This document shows positions 21,888 to 33,041 of a DNA stretch of 64,000 nucleotides, in pieces. The position numbers were made by a program, and so were the translations under genes. Each line of letters begins with the position of its first letter. The stretch's first letter is position 1. Below the pieces are notes generated by a model. That model did not search any database. It was not told the origin of the DNA and saw only the letters and a list, made by a program, of their open reading frames with translations. The stretch comes from an uncultured virus (IMG/VR IMGVR_UViG_3300042465_005830) (lineage: Duplodnaviria; Heunggongvirae; Uroviricota; Caudoviricetes). The DNA is taken from the IMG/VR virus record IMGVR_UViG_3300042465_005830, positions 1 through 64,000 of that record; one strand, written 5' to 3'.

Positions 21888-22112
21888 ATGGGACTATTAG
21901 ACTTATTACCATCATCGAACTTAGGATTACAGGGAACAACCCCAGCAACTATACCAAGTGCTAATCCAAATTCAACACTACACAATCAATCATCAATCAA
22001 TAACACACCAGCGATTGATCAATCACCTTCTAGTTTAGACTTAGACGGACAAGTACCAATAGTGTCTCCATCAGGACAAGGACTTCCTTATATGAATAAC
22101 CTACCAGGATAA
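21888..22112 (+). CDS. small structural hypothetical protein
   Basis: ORF after a TATTTATA motif. Confidence 0.55.
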   Translation: MGLLDLLPSSNLGLQGTTPATIPSANPNSTLHNQSSINNTPAIDQSPSSLDLDGQVPIVSPSGQGLPYMNNLPG

Positions 22113-22119
22113 AAAATAA

Positions 22120-24039
22120 ATGGCAAACGGACTATTAAATCTCCAGACAGACCTTAAAAGTCTTCGTTATGGAAGCGATAAACCCTATATTACTAAGGAT
22201 GTAAACGACCCTCCTTCTAGTAATCAAACGGGTATGCAAATAACTAAGCGTATAGATGACACTTCCCGTATTGCCCAAATGCTTATTGACCGTCCTGGAT
22301 TAAAGTACCTAGGAAACGAAGCTTTACTTCAACAGATAAATGTTGGAGATAGAATAAAAAAGGCAAAGTCAAAAGGAAAAACCACAGTAGGAGCTGTTTT
22401 ACAGCAAGCAGGAAATACTTTAGTAAGTACAGCTAAAATTGTAGGATCAACTCTAGCTCAAGTTCCAGTAAATGGAACAGGTACGCATTTCTTAAAAGGA
22501 TTTAGAACAGATACATACTTACGTCCAGATCCAGAAGGAGTACAGCCATCAGGTTTTGCTGCTTTCTTTGGAGCAGGAGGAGTAGAGGGAGCACCTTATG
22601 CACTTAATGGTGCACAAATACCTATGTATATTAATTCTGATATGTACGATGAAAAGACAGATCAGTTAATTAATACCAGTAGTTTAGGTTATGATGAAAA
22701 AATAAATTCACCAATTCCTCAAGGAGAGAATAGAATATATTCTCAACAAGGTACTTCTATAATAGAAGATAATGTAGGAATAGAAGGGTGGAGACCCTAC
22801 ACAAGTCTTGGAGTAAGAGAAAATCTTGTAAGTAGAGATGATAACACCGTAATTAGCCAGAGTAAATTTTCCTCTCCAGAGATAACCGATAGGACAAGAG
22901 TAAAGCCTTCAGGATCAATAGTAAGTGTATCAGGAATTGAGATACTTAGTCCTAATACAGGAACTCCACTGACAATCCCTGGAATAGAAACAACTGCATC
23001 ACCTAATAGAGATTTAAAAAATCCTCAAAGTACAATAAAAAGTATCCCTAACACAAATGTGGTGGGCAGTGGATTTTCTTTTAAAGATAATAATTTAGAA
23101 AATAAGTACTCTAGCGGAAGTACCTATGCAGGTAACACCACACAAGAGACAGTCCTTGGAGCTTCAGCAGGATCTATCCCTCTTAGAAATTTTACAAGTC
23201 CAAATTCTGAAATAAAAAGTAGACCTATAACAGGTTCAGGTAACGATAAAGTTGTTGATGCAAATAGTGTTAATAGAAATGTAAGTGATTTTAGAACAGG
23301 TCCAACTTCTTTTAATTATTCAAGTCCTACAATTAATAAAGAAACTAGAATTAATTTAGGAAATCAAGGTAAGAATACAGGTGCAGTTAGTTATTCAACT
23401 ATAGACAGAGATAAGATAGATGAACTAAATGCTCTAGATGTTAGTAACTCTAGAATAGATGGAACAAATGCAGCAAGAGATTTAGCTAAGTTTTATTTCG
23501 AAATAATAACTCCAGACGAAACTAAGTTTTTACATTTTAGAGCACACATTGACAGTATAGATGATAGTTACTCAGGAGATTGGGATTCACATCAATACGT
23601 AGGTAGAGCAGAAGAATTCTTTACATACAAAGGATTTAAAAGAGATATCTCAGTAGGGTTTAAAATATCAGCTCAATCTAGAGCAGAAATGAAACCTCTT
23701 TATAGAAAAATGGTTTATTTAGCATCAGCTACAGCACCAACATATGGAGGTGGATCAAATTTTATGAGAGGTACGCTTGCTCGTCTGACAATTGGTTCGT
23801 ATTTTAGTCAAATACCAGGTATAATAACATCAGTGAAGTATACTTGGCAAACAGATTATATGTGGGAGATAGCAATGCAAAACCCGGAAGGTGGAATAGA
23901 TGATGATCAACAAGAGTTACCAATGACTTTAGATTGTAGTATTTCATTTAAACCAATTCACGATTTTGCTCCACAAACAGGATTAAAACATTACTTTACA
24001 AGCCCAGCACCTCTAAACGGATCAAAACCGTTTTTTTAA
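22120..24039 (+). CDS. baseplate/tube-initiator-like protein
   Basis: C-terminal FRAHIDSIDDSYSGDW..YVGRAE..RDISVGF domain typical of tube-initiator-like proteins; baseplate context. Confidence 0.55.
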   Translation: MANGLLNLQTDLKSLRYGSDKPYITKDVNDPPSSNQTGMQITKRIDDTSRIAQMLIDRPGLKYLGNEALLQQINVGDRIKKAKSKGKTTVGAVLQQAGNTLVSTAKIVGSTLAQVPVNGTGTHFLKGFRTDTYLRPDPEGVQPSGFAAFFGAGGVEGAPYALNGAQIPMYINSDMYDEKTDQLINTSSLGYDEKINSPIPQGENRIYSQQGTSIIEDNVGIEGWRPYTSLGVRENLVSRDDNTVISQSKFSSPEITDRTRVKPSGSIVSVSGIEILSPNTGTPLTIPGIETTASPNRDLKNPQSTIKSIPNTNVVGSGFSFKDNNLENKYSSGSTYAGNTTQETVLGASAGSIPLRNFTSPNSEIKSRPITGSGNDKVVDANSVNRNVSDFRTGPTSFNYSSPTINKETRINLGNQGKNTGAVSYSTIDRDKIDELNALDVSNSRIDGTNAARDLAKFYFEIITPDETKFLHFRAHIDSIDDSYSGDWDSHQYVGRAEEFFTYKGFKRDISVGFKISAQSRAEMKPLYRKMVYLASATAPTYGGGSNFMRGTLARLTIGSYFSQIPGIITSVKYTWQTDYMWEIAMQNPEGGIDDDQQELPMTLDCSISFKPIHDFAPQTGLKHYFTSPAPLNGSKPFF

Positions 24040-24049
24040 AAAGAAATAA

Positions 24050-24355
24050 ATGGCAGATAGATATAGAAACATAAGAGAAACAGTAACTACAGACAATGTG
24101 AGGTATAAGGTAAATGCTATTTACCCCGAAGTTCCTTTATCTGAAGAAGATTTTTATGTTATATCAACAGGAGGAGACAGGTACGATACATTAGCTCAGC
24201 AATTTTATAACGACCATACTCTATGGTGGATAATTGCATCTGCAAATAACTCAGAAAGAGCCTCTCTAATAGTAGAGCCAGGTGTACAGTTACGAATTCC
24301 TGCTAATAAAGAAAGAATATTACAGTTATATAGCGAGGTAAATAGATCAAGATAA
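24050..24355 (+). CDS. LysM-like baseplate wedge protein (gp53-like)
   Basis: GDRYDTLAQQFYNDHTLWWIIASAN ... GVQLRIP. Confidence 0.75.
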   Translation: MADRYRNIRETVTTDNVRYKVNAIYPEVPLSEEDFYVISTGGDRYDTLAQQFYNDHTLWWIIASANNSERASLIVEPGVQLRIPANKERILQLYSEVNRSR

Positions 24356-27165
24356 TGGCAATAGAGATAGGAGCAGGAATAAGCTCAGGAGTCGCACAAC
24401 AGCTTGAAGCAAGAAAAAAAATCATAGGTAAAACATCAGGTAGAACTGATGATGACTTGATGTATATGAATGCTAAGACTGGATGGGTAAAGCTATCGTC
24501 TGGTGTTAATACATTGAGTGATGCAGAAGTAGCTCAATTTAGAAGACAAGAAGGAAGAAAAGATATAAGAGGAGGTCACGGTTTAGCAAAAGATAACGTA
24601 CTTCTTGGAGGAGTACTAAGACCAGGTGGTGGATTAAGAGAAGGAATAGATACCTCAGGAAATGTAAATTCGGACAAAGCATACCTACTGAGACCCAGTA
24701 CAGGTTATAGACCTATGGGGGGTATTACCTCTATGACTGTTAAGTCCAAAAATACCTACGGAACTTTAAGAGAGGCAGAGGTTAGTTTTTCTGTGTGGTC
24801 TTTAGAAGAGTTTGAAGTAATGGAAAGACTTTACCTAAGACCAGGATTTACAATGTTACTTGAATGGGGACATTCACTGTACATTAACAACTCAGGAGAA
24901 TTACAGAAAACCATAGAGACAGTATCACCAGGATTATTCTTTAGAAGTAATCAAGAAATGTCTAATATAACAGACGCAATTAAGGAGGTACGGGAAAAGA
25001 GTAATTACAACTACGACGGAATGGTAGGTTATTGTAAGAATTTTTCTTGGAATTATAATTCAAATGGAGGGTACGACTGTACAGTTAGTATTACATCGGC
25101 AGGAGAGGTATTAGAATCAATATCAATGAAAACATCTCCATCTTATATGTTCCCACCAAGTGAGATGGAACCTAAAGAAAGTGAAGCGGGAAAAGAACAA
25201 AGAAAAAGTGTTTTTCACTATTTTCTAGCTAAATTAGCTGCACTAAAAGGAACAACCCTAGTACTTAAGCCAAGTTTACAGGGAATTGCACCAACATTTA
25301 CAACCCCTTTACAGGAGTTTGCAATATTCTTCTCAGCAGTTGAAATAGACGATAGCTGGTTTTCAGATACAGAAACACCTATGCATTGGGTTTCTTTACG
25401 AACTATTCTGGACATTTATAATAATTGGGTAGCAGTAAAAGACCTTACAAAAGCACCAGGAAGTAAGAATGCTACTATGACTAAGTTTAATATAGATCCT
25501 GCTAATCGTGCTGAGTTCGTAACTGGCCCTAAACATTTTTCACCAGATCCTACAGTATGTGTACTTATCGTGCCTAATGATGAAGGATTGGGGGTATTAG
25601 CACCTGTACATGGATCAATTACGTCTTTAGGAGAGGGTGCAGACAGAGATGTACTGAATATACTTATTGCTACACCTTACCTGAAAACTAAATTCGACGA
25701 AGCATTAGACTCAGATGGAAAATTTAATAAAAGTTTTCTAGATGTACTAAAGAGTATACTAGATGGACTAGCTGACGCATTAGGGGGTATAAACGATTTT
25801 GACGTAGCTTATGACGAAGAAGAGAATGGAGGAACATTCTATGTAGTAGATAGAAACCTAACACCTAAATCACCGCCTGTAGAATTAACCCTTGTAGGTA
25901 TAGACAGTATTTTTAGAGAAGTAGGAATAAGTAGTAAGATAAGTAACGAAACAGCCTCCCAAATAGCAATTGCAGCACAAGGAACAACTCAGAACTATAC
26001 TGAAAATGTAGAAAATATACTGAAGTGGAATCCTAATATTATAGATAGGATTATTGTCACTAAAGATGTTACACCTAAAAATAAGAAAGACGAAACAGAA
26101 GTAAAAGAGGAAGAAGAGAAAAATCTACTAGACTGGAAAGATAGTATAAAAAAGTTCTTTACAGATTTCGAAGGTGGAGGGTATAAAAAAGACGAGCTAA
26201 ACGCTTCAAAAACAGAACATCAACAGTACACAGTAGAAAACGTAATAAGAAAACCAGGCTCAGGTACAGATGCAGCACCGGGTATTATACCGGTTGAGCT
26301 TACATTGAAACTTGATGGAATTGGAGGACTTAAAATAGCCTCAACTTTTAGAATATCGAAAGGAATCTTACCAGACAAGTATAACGATAAATTTGGATAC
26401 ATTATAACAGGGTTAGAACATTCTGTAGGAACTAATAATACTTGGGAAACCTCAGTAACAACACAGTTTTATTTACTAGCACAGTTACAGCAAGCAGCTA
26501 GAACCCCACAGCAAATACCACCATACACAGCACCTTCTCCAAAAACAGAAGCAGCAACAGAAGCAAACTATACACCACCAGGACCTATAACACCAGGAGC
26601 TGACCCAGCACCAGTTATTAATCCTAAAAAAGTAGGAGCAGGAAGTTACAATGCAGCACCACTTGTTGCTAACTCTAAGGCAAATGGAGGACAGAATGGA
26701 CTACTAAACCAGTCTAATACTAAACTGCTTGTATTTACAGGAGACGGAGGAGCAAAGAGTTATTACAAGAACCCTGCAACAGGACAACCAGAATATATGC
26801 TACACCCAGCAGCAGCCAGAGCGTGGAAAGCTTGGAAAGCAGATATGAAAGCAGCAGGTATTTCCTACAGATTAACAAGTGCTTACAGAAGTCAGGTACA
26901 TCAAGCCGGATTAGGTTCAGGTAAGACTGTAGCAAAACCAGGTTCATCGCCACATGGATGGGGAGGAGCATTAGACTTTGGTAATCTTTACCAAATTGTA
27001 GGAGGAAGCGGCGATCCAAAGAGAAATCAAGATGGAAGAAAAACACCTATCTATAAACAAATGGCTACACTAGGAGCTAAACACGGATGGTACAACCCCT
27101 GGAGACTATCAGATGTAAACGGAGTAGATGAGTTATGGCATTTTGAATACTGGGGACCAGCTTAA
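24355..27165 (+). CDS. baseplate hub protein with C-terminal M15-family peptidoglycan peptidase
   Basis: C-terminal SAYRS..Q, PGSSPHGWGGALD and ELWHFEY (SxHxxGxAxD / ExWH Zn-peptidase motifs). Confidence 0.75.
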   Translation: MAIEIGAGISSGVAQQLEARKKIIGKTSGRTDDDLMYMNAKTGWVKLSSGVNTLSDAEVAQFRRQEGRKDIRGGHGLAKDNVLLGGVLRPGGGLREGIDTSGNVNSDKAYLLRPSTGYRPMGGITSMTVKSKNTYGTLREAEVSFSVWSLEEFEVMERLYLRPGFTMLLEWGHSLYINNSGELQKTIETVSPGLFFRSNQEMSNITDAIKEVREKSNYNYDGMVGYCKNFSWNYNSNGGYDCTVSITSAGEVLESISMKTSPSYMFPPSEMEPKESEAGKEQRKSVFHYFLAKLAALKGTTLVLKPSLQGIAPTFTTPLQEFAIFFSAVEIDDSWFSDTETPMHWVSLRTILDIYNNWVAVKDLTKAPGSKNATMTKFNIDPANRAEFVTGPKHFSPDPTVCVLIVPNDEGLGVLAPVHGSITSLGEGADRDVLNILIATPYLKTKFDEALDSDGKFNKSFLDVLKSILDGLADALGGINDFDVAYDEEENGGTFYVVDRNLTPKSPPVELTLVGIDSIFREVGISSKISNETASQIAIAAQGTTQNYTENVENILKWNPNIIDRIIVTKDVTPKNKKDETEVKEEEEKNLLDWKDSIKKFFTDFEGGGYKKDELNASKTEHQQYTVENVIRKPGSGTDAAPGIIPVELTLKLDGIGGLKIASTFRISKGILPDKYNDKFGYIITGLEHSVGTNNTWETSVTTQFYLLAQLQQAARTPQQIPPYTAPSPKTEAATEANYTPPGPITPGADPAPVINPKKVGAGSYNAAPLVANSKANGGQNGLLNQSNTKLLVFTGDGGAKSYYKNPATGQPEYMLHPAAARAWKAWKADMKAAGISYRLTSAYRSQVHQAGLGSGKTVAKPGSSPHGWGGALDFGNLYQIVGGSGDPKRNQDGRKTPIYKQMATLGAKHGWYNPWRLSDVNGVDELWHFEYWGPA

Positions 27166-27177
27166 TAATAAAGCAGT

Positions 27178-28149
27178 ATGGCAGAGAAAATACAGGTAAA
27201 TAAATTCACAGTATTATCCAGAATTAATAGAGATACTATTATAGTAACTACTTATGGCGACGGTGTGGAAATTACACAGGATTTATATACTCTTTCAATG
27301 GGAGTTGAGACTGCAGAAAGAGATGCTTTATTTAGAGCTGAAAAATTTGGAGTATTAACAAAAGACTTTGCAAGACGATATGAATTAACACCGCCACCGC
27401 CTATCCCTACACCGGAAATCATTCCACCGCCACCGCCAGCACCTCCTCCTCCTTCACCAGAAGTAAAGAGAAAAGGAGCTTGGTACTTGCCGAAATCTAG
27501 ATACAGAAAACCTAAGTCAACTAACGGTGGAGAATTTATTATTAAATCAACAGGAGAAGCTTACACAGGAAGTTATATAGAGACTTTCAAAAAGAAATAC
27601 TACGCAGGAAGCTCTCCAGAGCAAATGGGTGAAGAGTTAGAGAAAGTAAGACAGAGAGGAGATTTTGATTTACTAGGAGAAGCTTTTGCAACCTTAAGTC
27701 CATTACTGCTTAAAGCATTAAAGGGAGGAGTAATTAGAAAAAGGCCGACTACAAGTGAAATTGTAATGGGAGAGATGAAAAGATATTTTGTACAAGATCC
27801 AGTAACACAAAAAATCGTAGAAGTAACAAAACCGGATTATGTAGAGCTTAAAAAACAATTGCCTAATAGAAGGTATGTAGAAGTACCTTGGAATATACAA
27901 GAGCCAGCAGAAGATATAATGTTTGGTAACTACAAGTATGAAGGAGCAGCAACTAAGAATCTTAATACAGTAGTTGCATTGGAAAAACAAATGCCAGGTA
28001 TTAGTAGGGTTGTAAGAGACTTTGCGTACCTTGTACCACCAACACGTCCTAAACAGATAATCACTCCAGACACATTTACAACAACAGTAAAGGATCCGCT
28101 AGTAGATTTAGAAAATTCTCGAAAGGCAAATTTCGATACAAAAGAATAA
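27178..28149 (+). CDS. hypothetical protein with proline-rich linker
   Basis: ORF track; poly-Pro tract. Confidence 0.6.
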   Translation: MAEKIQVNKFTVLSRINRDTIIVTTYGDGVEITQDLYTLSMGVETAERDALFRAEKFGVLTKDFARRYELTPPPPIPTPEIIPPPPPAPPPPSPEVKRKGAWYLPKSRYRKPKSTNGGEFIIKSTGEAYTGSYIETFKKKYYAGSSPEQMGEELEKVRQRGDFDLLGEAFATLSPLLLKALKGGVIRKRPTTSEIVMGEMKRYFVQDPVTQKIVEVTKPDYVELKKQLPNRRYVEVPWNIQEPAEDIMFGNYKYEGAATKNLNTVVALEKQMPGISRVVRDFAYLVPPTRPKQIITPDTFTTTVKDPLVDLENSRKANFDTKE

Positions 28150-28154
28150 AAATA

Positions 28155-28179
28155 AGGCTTGCTTTTGCAGGCCTTTTTT
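28155..28179 (+). terminator. intrinsic terminator overlapping a promoter
   Basis: AAGGCTTGC-tttt-GCAGGCCTT plus T-run, followed by CTTATATTAAAG. Confidence 0.6.
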
Positions 28180-28206
28180 CTTATATTAAAGAAAAGGTTA
28201 TAATAA

Positions 28207-29532
28207 ATGTTTTATATAGTAGAGACAGAGGAGCAAATTGAGCTTCTAAAAGACTTAGGAAAGAAAGGAGGTTATGTAGAAGTTATTTCTTCAAACGATA
28301 ACTACCATCCACTTCTTACCACTACCGTAGCAGTCTATGTAAGACCTTTAGATCATTACGAAGGTTATATTATTCCAATAAGTCATGACGAAGGATTAAA
28401 CGTAACGAAAGATTGTGTCTCTGATATTCTAAAAGCATACACAACACTTTATACATTTGACAAGAAAGAATTGATGTATCACTTTGTATTACCGAATGTT
28501 ATAGATCTTTCTTTACTTTATTCAATGACTTCTTATAATAGACTAGAACTTCCAAGATCTAATTCAACTTGTAATTGGTATTATAATCGCTTTCATGATT
28601 TTAAAGAAATAAATGCTATAATTCCAATATCAAAGTTATTTGAGAAATGTGAAGAGAATTATAAATCATTACAAAAGATATTGCAGATTGCAATACCCAA
28701 TGGCTTTGATTTCTACAATAAAACTGCAACGTCTGTTTTCTTTATGATTGAGAGAACCGGTTTAAGAGTAACCTACCAATCCTTTCTAGAATTATTTAAA
28801 CCAAGTAATCCTGTTTATAGTATTGATAATAATATTATTTATACTTCGTACAATCTATATAATACGACTTCTCGTCCAACAAATGCTTTTAACTCAGTAA
28901 ATTTTGCAGCAATACCAAAAGCACCTGAATTTAGAAAAGCAATCATTCCTCAGAACGATGTATTTGTAGAAATGGACTTTGATGGATATCATTTAAGACT
29001 ATTATGCGAACAAATAGGATATGAATTAACAGACGAATCAGCTCACGTTCAATTGGCTAGACTTTACTTCGGTAAAGATGAAATAGCTGAAGATGAATAT
29101 GCAAAAGCAAAACAAATTAACTTTCATGCCATTTATGGAAAGATTCCACCTGAATATGCTTTCCTAGAAATCTTCGATAAGATTCAGAATTATATAAACG
29201 GTCTTTGGAAGCAATTTAAAGAACAAGGATATGTAGAAGATCCAATATCAGGAAAAAGATTCACACAAGACCTTCCAGATATGCATCCTCAGAAGCTTAT
29301 GAACTATATGATGCAAAGCTTGGAAACCTCAAGAAATATTCTTATATTAAAAGATGTGCTTATGTTCCTTCAAAATAAAGAAAGCAAGCTAGCACTATAT
29401 ACTTATGATGCCTTTGTATTTGACTTCGATAAATCAGACGGAAAAGAAACATTAGAATCCTTAGAAAAGATAATGAATCAGGGAGGAAAATACCCTATAA
29501 AATTCAAATACAGTAATAACTTAGTTTTATAA
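28207..29532 (+). CDS. compact family A DNA polymerase-like protein
   Basis: TTSRP, motif A (EMDFDGYHLRL), motif B (AKQINFHAIYG), NYMMQS, motif C (YTYDAFVFD). Confidence 0.75.
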   Translation: MFYIVETEEQIELLKDLGKKGGYVEVISSNDNYHPLLTTTVAVYVRPLDHYEGYIIPISHDEGLNVTKDCVSDILKAYTTLYTFDKKELMYHFVLPNVIDLSLLYSMTSYNRLELPRSNSTCNWYYNRFHDFKEINAIIPISKLFEKCEENYKSLQKILQIAIPNGFDFYNKTATSVFFMIERTGLRVTYQSFLELFKPSNPVYSIDNNIIYTSYNLYNTTSRPTNAFNSVNFAAIPKAPEFRKAIIPQNDVFVEMDFDGYHLRLLCEQIGYELTDESAHVQLARLYFGKDEIAEDEYAKAKQINFHAIYGKIPPEYAFLEIFDKIQNYINGLWKQFKEQGYVEDPISGKRFTQDLPDMHPQKLMNYMMQSLETSRNILILKDVLMFLQNKESKLALYTYDAFVFDFDKSDGKETLESLEKIMNQGGKYPIKFKYSNNLVL

Positions 29533-29551
29533 AATAAAAACATATTTATAA

Positions 29552-30007
29552 ATGATACAAAATGATGTAGCGCCAGTAATGTTCGATTACGATATCGAAT
29601 ACAATTTTAATGCAGCCGACATGAGCAATAAGTTATTTTGTACTTTCTCTTCAGAACAACAATTAGAAGGGATATTAAGTACAATACAGACCAAATACAA
29701 GATCATTTATAATAAAATCTTCGTTCTTTATTCAAAGAGCCAAGACGAATATATTTGCACATATAATGTGGAATTTGGAAACGTTTCTAATTTCTTAGAA
29801 AATACTATTTTAGTACATAGAAAAAAGGAATCAAATACCCTATACACAATCAATTCACTAAACCGTCTAATAGAATCTCTAAATGGAGGAATCTTAGATA
29901 CAAACTACAAGGTGAATTGGAATGACTATCAAAACTGTATACTATTAACAAAAGGAGCAGAATTGAAAAGAGTCAACACAAAATTATTTAGAATAATAGA
30001 ATTATAG
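29552..30007 (+). CDS. conserved phage hypothetical protein
   Basis: NKLFCTF ... VHRKKESNTLYTINSLN. Confidence 0.65.
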   Translation: MIQNDVAPVMFDYDIEYNFNAADMSNKLFCTFSSEQQLEGILSTIQTKYKIIYNKIFVLYSKSQDEYICTYNVEFGNVSNFLENTILVHRKKESNTLYTINSLNRLIESLNGGILDTNYKVNWNDYQNCILLTKGAELKRVNTKLFRIIEL

Positions 30008-30072
30008 TTGGAATACTAAAATATTCTTCTTATATTATATAGATAAAAGTTTTAATTAAAATCAGTTACATT

Positions 30073-30924
30073 ATGGACATTAATGCTATCAAAGCAAAAC
30101 TGGCCGCTCTAAACAGCACCGGAAATCAAGACCGTGAGAAAGTAGACTTCGACAAAATCTATTGGAGACCTGCAAACGGAAAATCAACAATTAGAATAGT
30201 TCCTTCAGCATTTAACGCTGCAGATCCTTTCACAGAATTGAAACTACACTACAACATAGGAAAGTTCCCTATGATGTCATTGTCGAATTACGGCAAACAA
30301 GATCCAATCGAAGAATTTGTAAAAGAATTAAGAAAGACTTCTGATAAAGACAACTGGTCATTATCTGGAAAGTTATCTCCTAAGTCAAGATTTTTTGCTC
30401 CTGTTATTGTAAGAGGTGAAGAAGATAAAGGAGTACGTCTTTGGTCATTCGGAGTTAACATCTACAAAGCATTACTTGCTTTAGCAGAAGATGAAGACAT
30501 TGGAGACTTCACAGATGTAATCAATGGATGGGATATGGTTGTTGAAAACACACCAGCAGCAGGACCAGGTCAATTCCCAACAACTACAGTTCGTATTAAA
30601 CCTAAACAAACTCCATTATCAGATGATAATACACAAGTTGATTTATGGTTAAAAGAACAACCAAATGCCTTAGAAGTACAAACTCAGTACGACTATGAAT
30701 TCATCAAGAAAAAATTACAAGAGTACTTGAACCCAGGAGAAGAAGTAGCTTCACCAGCAAACATTCCAGCAGAATCAATTGCACCAGTAGCTCCAGCTCC
30801 AGCAGCTGCAGAACCAACTGACTTAGACAAAGCTTTAGGAAGTAACAAAACTGACTTTACTTTAGAAACAGCAGTAGAGGGTAACAAAAGTACAGTAAAT
30901 AAATTTGACGAATTATTCAACTAA
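30073..30924 (+). CDS. single-stranded DNA-binding protein (gp32-like)
   Basis: IRIVP, DPIEEF, VRLWSFG, acidic C-terminal tail FDELFN; replication cluster. Confidence 0.75.
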   Translation: MDINAIKAKLAALNSTGNQDREKVDFDKIYWRPANGKSTIRIVPSAFNAADPFTELKLHYNIGKFPMMSLSNYGKQDPIEEFVKELRKTSDKDNWSLSGKLSPKSRFFAPVIVRGEEDKGVRLWSFGVNIYKALLALAEDEDIGDFTDVINGWDMVVENTPAAGPGQFPTTTVRIKPKQTPLSDDNTQVDLWLKEQPNALEVQTQYDYEFIKKKLQEYLNPGEEVASPANIPAESIAPVAPAPAAAEPTDLDKALGSNKTDFTLETAVEGNKSTVNKFDELFN

Positions 30925-30926
30925 GA

Positions 30927-32006
30927 ATGGCAGTTAAAAAAGAAACAGCAAAAACCGCTAGCGAAATAATCAAAGGCGGTTTTAGTCTTGACAACTTCAA
31001 AAAAAATAAAGGATTTTCAAATACCTCAGTAAAGTTTAAATCTCAAGACTGGATTAAAGTCTCAGATGCTTTCACAGAAGTAACATCCCTTAAAGGAATT
31101 CCTATGGGGCATATTACGTTACTAAGAGGACATTCTGATACAGGAAAAACTACTTTACTTTTAGAAGCAGCAGTTAATGCTCAGAAAAGACGAGTACTTC
31201 CAGTATTCATTATTACAGAGATGAAATGGTCATGGCCACATGCTCAAATGATGGGATTAGAAGTAGAGGAAATATTCGATGAGGATACAGGAGAGATTAC
31301 TGACTACAAAGGATTTTTCTTATATGCTGATAGAGGTACCTTAAACACTATTGAAGATGTAGCAGAATACATTCTAGACTTAGTAGATGAACAAAAGAAA
31401 GGAAACCTACCTTATGACCTATTGTTCTTATGGGATTCAGTTGGATCAGTTCCAAGTGATTTATCAGTAAGATCAAATAAGAATAATAATGAATGGAATG
31501 CTGGAGCAATGTCTACTCAATTCGGAAATAACGTAAATCAAAAAATTATGTTATCAAGAAAAGAAGCTAGTAAGTATACAAACACTTTAGTAGCTATTAA
31601 CAAAGTCTGGACTGCAAAACCTGAACATCCAATGGGTCAACCTCGATTGGAGAATAAAGGAGGAAAGACAATGTGGTATGACGCAACAGTTATCATTACA
31701 TTTGGAAACATTACCAACTCAGGTACTTCTAAAATCAAAGCTGTAAACAAAGGAAAGGAATATGAATTTGCTAAAAGAACAAAAGTTCAGATAGAAAAGA
31801 ATCATATCGATGGAATACAGTCTAGAGGAGCAATCATTATGACAAGCCATGGATTTATTGCTGACGATAAGAAAGCAATTGATGCATATAAAGATGCACA
31901 TAAAGGATCTTGGGCTAATACTTTAGGGTCAACAGACTTTACAGTAACAATTGAAGCTGAAGTAGGAGAAGATGTTAGAACTGATATAGAGATGATCGAT
32001 GAGTAA
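30927..32006 (+). CDS. RecA/UvsX-like recombinase
   Basis: GIPMGHITLLRGHSDTGKTT Walker A; LFLWDSVGS Walker B; GGKTMWY. Confidence 0.85.
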   Translation: MAVKKETAKTASEIIKGGFSLDNFKKNKGFSNTSVKFKSQDWIKVSDAFTEVTSLKGIPMGHITLLRGHSDTGKTTLLLEAAVNAQKRRVLPVFIITEMKWSWPHAQMMGLEVEEIFDEDTGEITDYKGFFLYADRGTLNTIEDVAEYILDLVDEQKKGNLPYDLLFLWDSVGSVPSDLSVRSNKNNNEWNAGAMSTQFGNNVNQKIMLSRKEASKYTNTLVAINKVWTAKPEHPMGQPRLENKGGKTMWYDATVIITFGNITNSGTSKIKAVNKGKEYEFAKRTKVQIEKNHIDGIQSRGAIIMTSHGFIADDKKAIDAYKDAHKGSWANTLGSTDFTVTIEAEVGEDVRTDIEMIDE

Positions 32007-33021
32007 TTATTTAGATATACTAAATAAAATCGAACAAAAACCAGACAGAAAACTAAACGACCATGTTTTAATAGTAGACAGCATGAACACCTTTATAAGG
32101 TCTTTTGCAATGCTACAATCAATGAATCCCCAAGGCCATCACACCGGTGGTCTTGTTGGTTTCTTGAGATCGTTAGGGTTTTTGATGAGAACAATTGACC
32201 CTACTAGAATCATTTGTGTGTTTGACGGACAAGCTTCTTCCTCAAGTAGAAAGAATATTGATCCTGAATATAAAGCAAATAGAAATATTAAAAGGATTAC
32301 CAATTGGGAACTGTTCGATGATAAAGAAGATGAGTACGCATCAATGACTATGCAAATGCATAGACTAGTAGAGTACTTACAATGTCTTCCTATCAACTTA
32401 ATCTCTATAGACAAAATAGAAGCAGATGATACTATATCTTATCTAGCTCAGAAGTTTGGAGCTAATAATAAAAAGGTAACAATCGTTTCTTCTGATAAGG
32501 ATTTTTTACAAATAGTGGACGAAAATATAGAAGTTTATTCCCCTATCAAGAAAAAAACCTATGGAAAAAAAGAGGTACTGGAAGAAATAGGTATGATTCC
32601 TGAGAATTATCTAATAATGAAAGCACTTTTAGGTGATAACTCAGATAACCTTACAGGAATAAAAGGATTAGGCCCTAAAACACTTATAAAAGAATTTCCG
32701 GGATTAGTAAACAAACCGGGCTTTTCTTTAGAAGATATTTATGAAGTTTGTGAAAAAGGATTACAGGATAAGAAAGTTTTTGCAAAAATCATATATGAAT
32801 GGGAAAAGGTAAAAACTAACTATGAATTGATGAATCTTTTACAGCCAAGGTTGGGAGATTACGAAATAGTTCATATATTAGATAAGATAAAAGAGCCAAC
32901 ACCGGCATTACAGGCTGTTACTTTTTTAAACATGTTAGAGGCAGATCAAATCGAAGCTCTAAACAAAAACGTTGAGGGATGGCTTGAATTATTCAGACCG
33001 CTTTCAACATATAAAAAATAA
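31999..33021 (+). CDS. 5'-3' exonuclease / T4 RNase H-like flap nuclease
   Basis: IVDSMN, FDG, YKANR, EADD, SSDKDF, GDNSDNLTGIKGLGPKT. Confidence 0.9.
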   Translation: MSNYLDILNKIEQKPDRKLNDHVLIVDSMNTFIRSFAMLQSMNPQGHHTGGLVGFLRSLGFLMRTIDPTRIICVFDGQASSSSRKNIDPEYKANRNIKRITNWELFDDKEDEYASMTMQMHRLVEYLQCLPINLISIDKIEADDTISYLAQKFGANNKKVTIVSSDKDFLQIVDENIEVYSPIKKKTYGKKEVLEEIGMIPENYLIMKALLGDNSDNLTGIKGLGPKTLIKEFPGLVNKPGFSLEDIYEVCEKGLQDKKVFAKIIYEWEKVKTNYELMNLLQPRLGDYEIVHILDKIKEPTPALQAVTFLNMLEADQIEALNKNVEGWLELFRPLSTYKK

Positions 33022-33041
33022 GTTATAATAAAATAAGTTAC

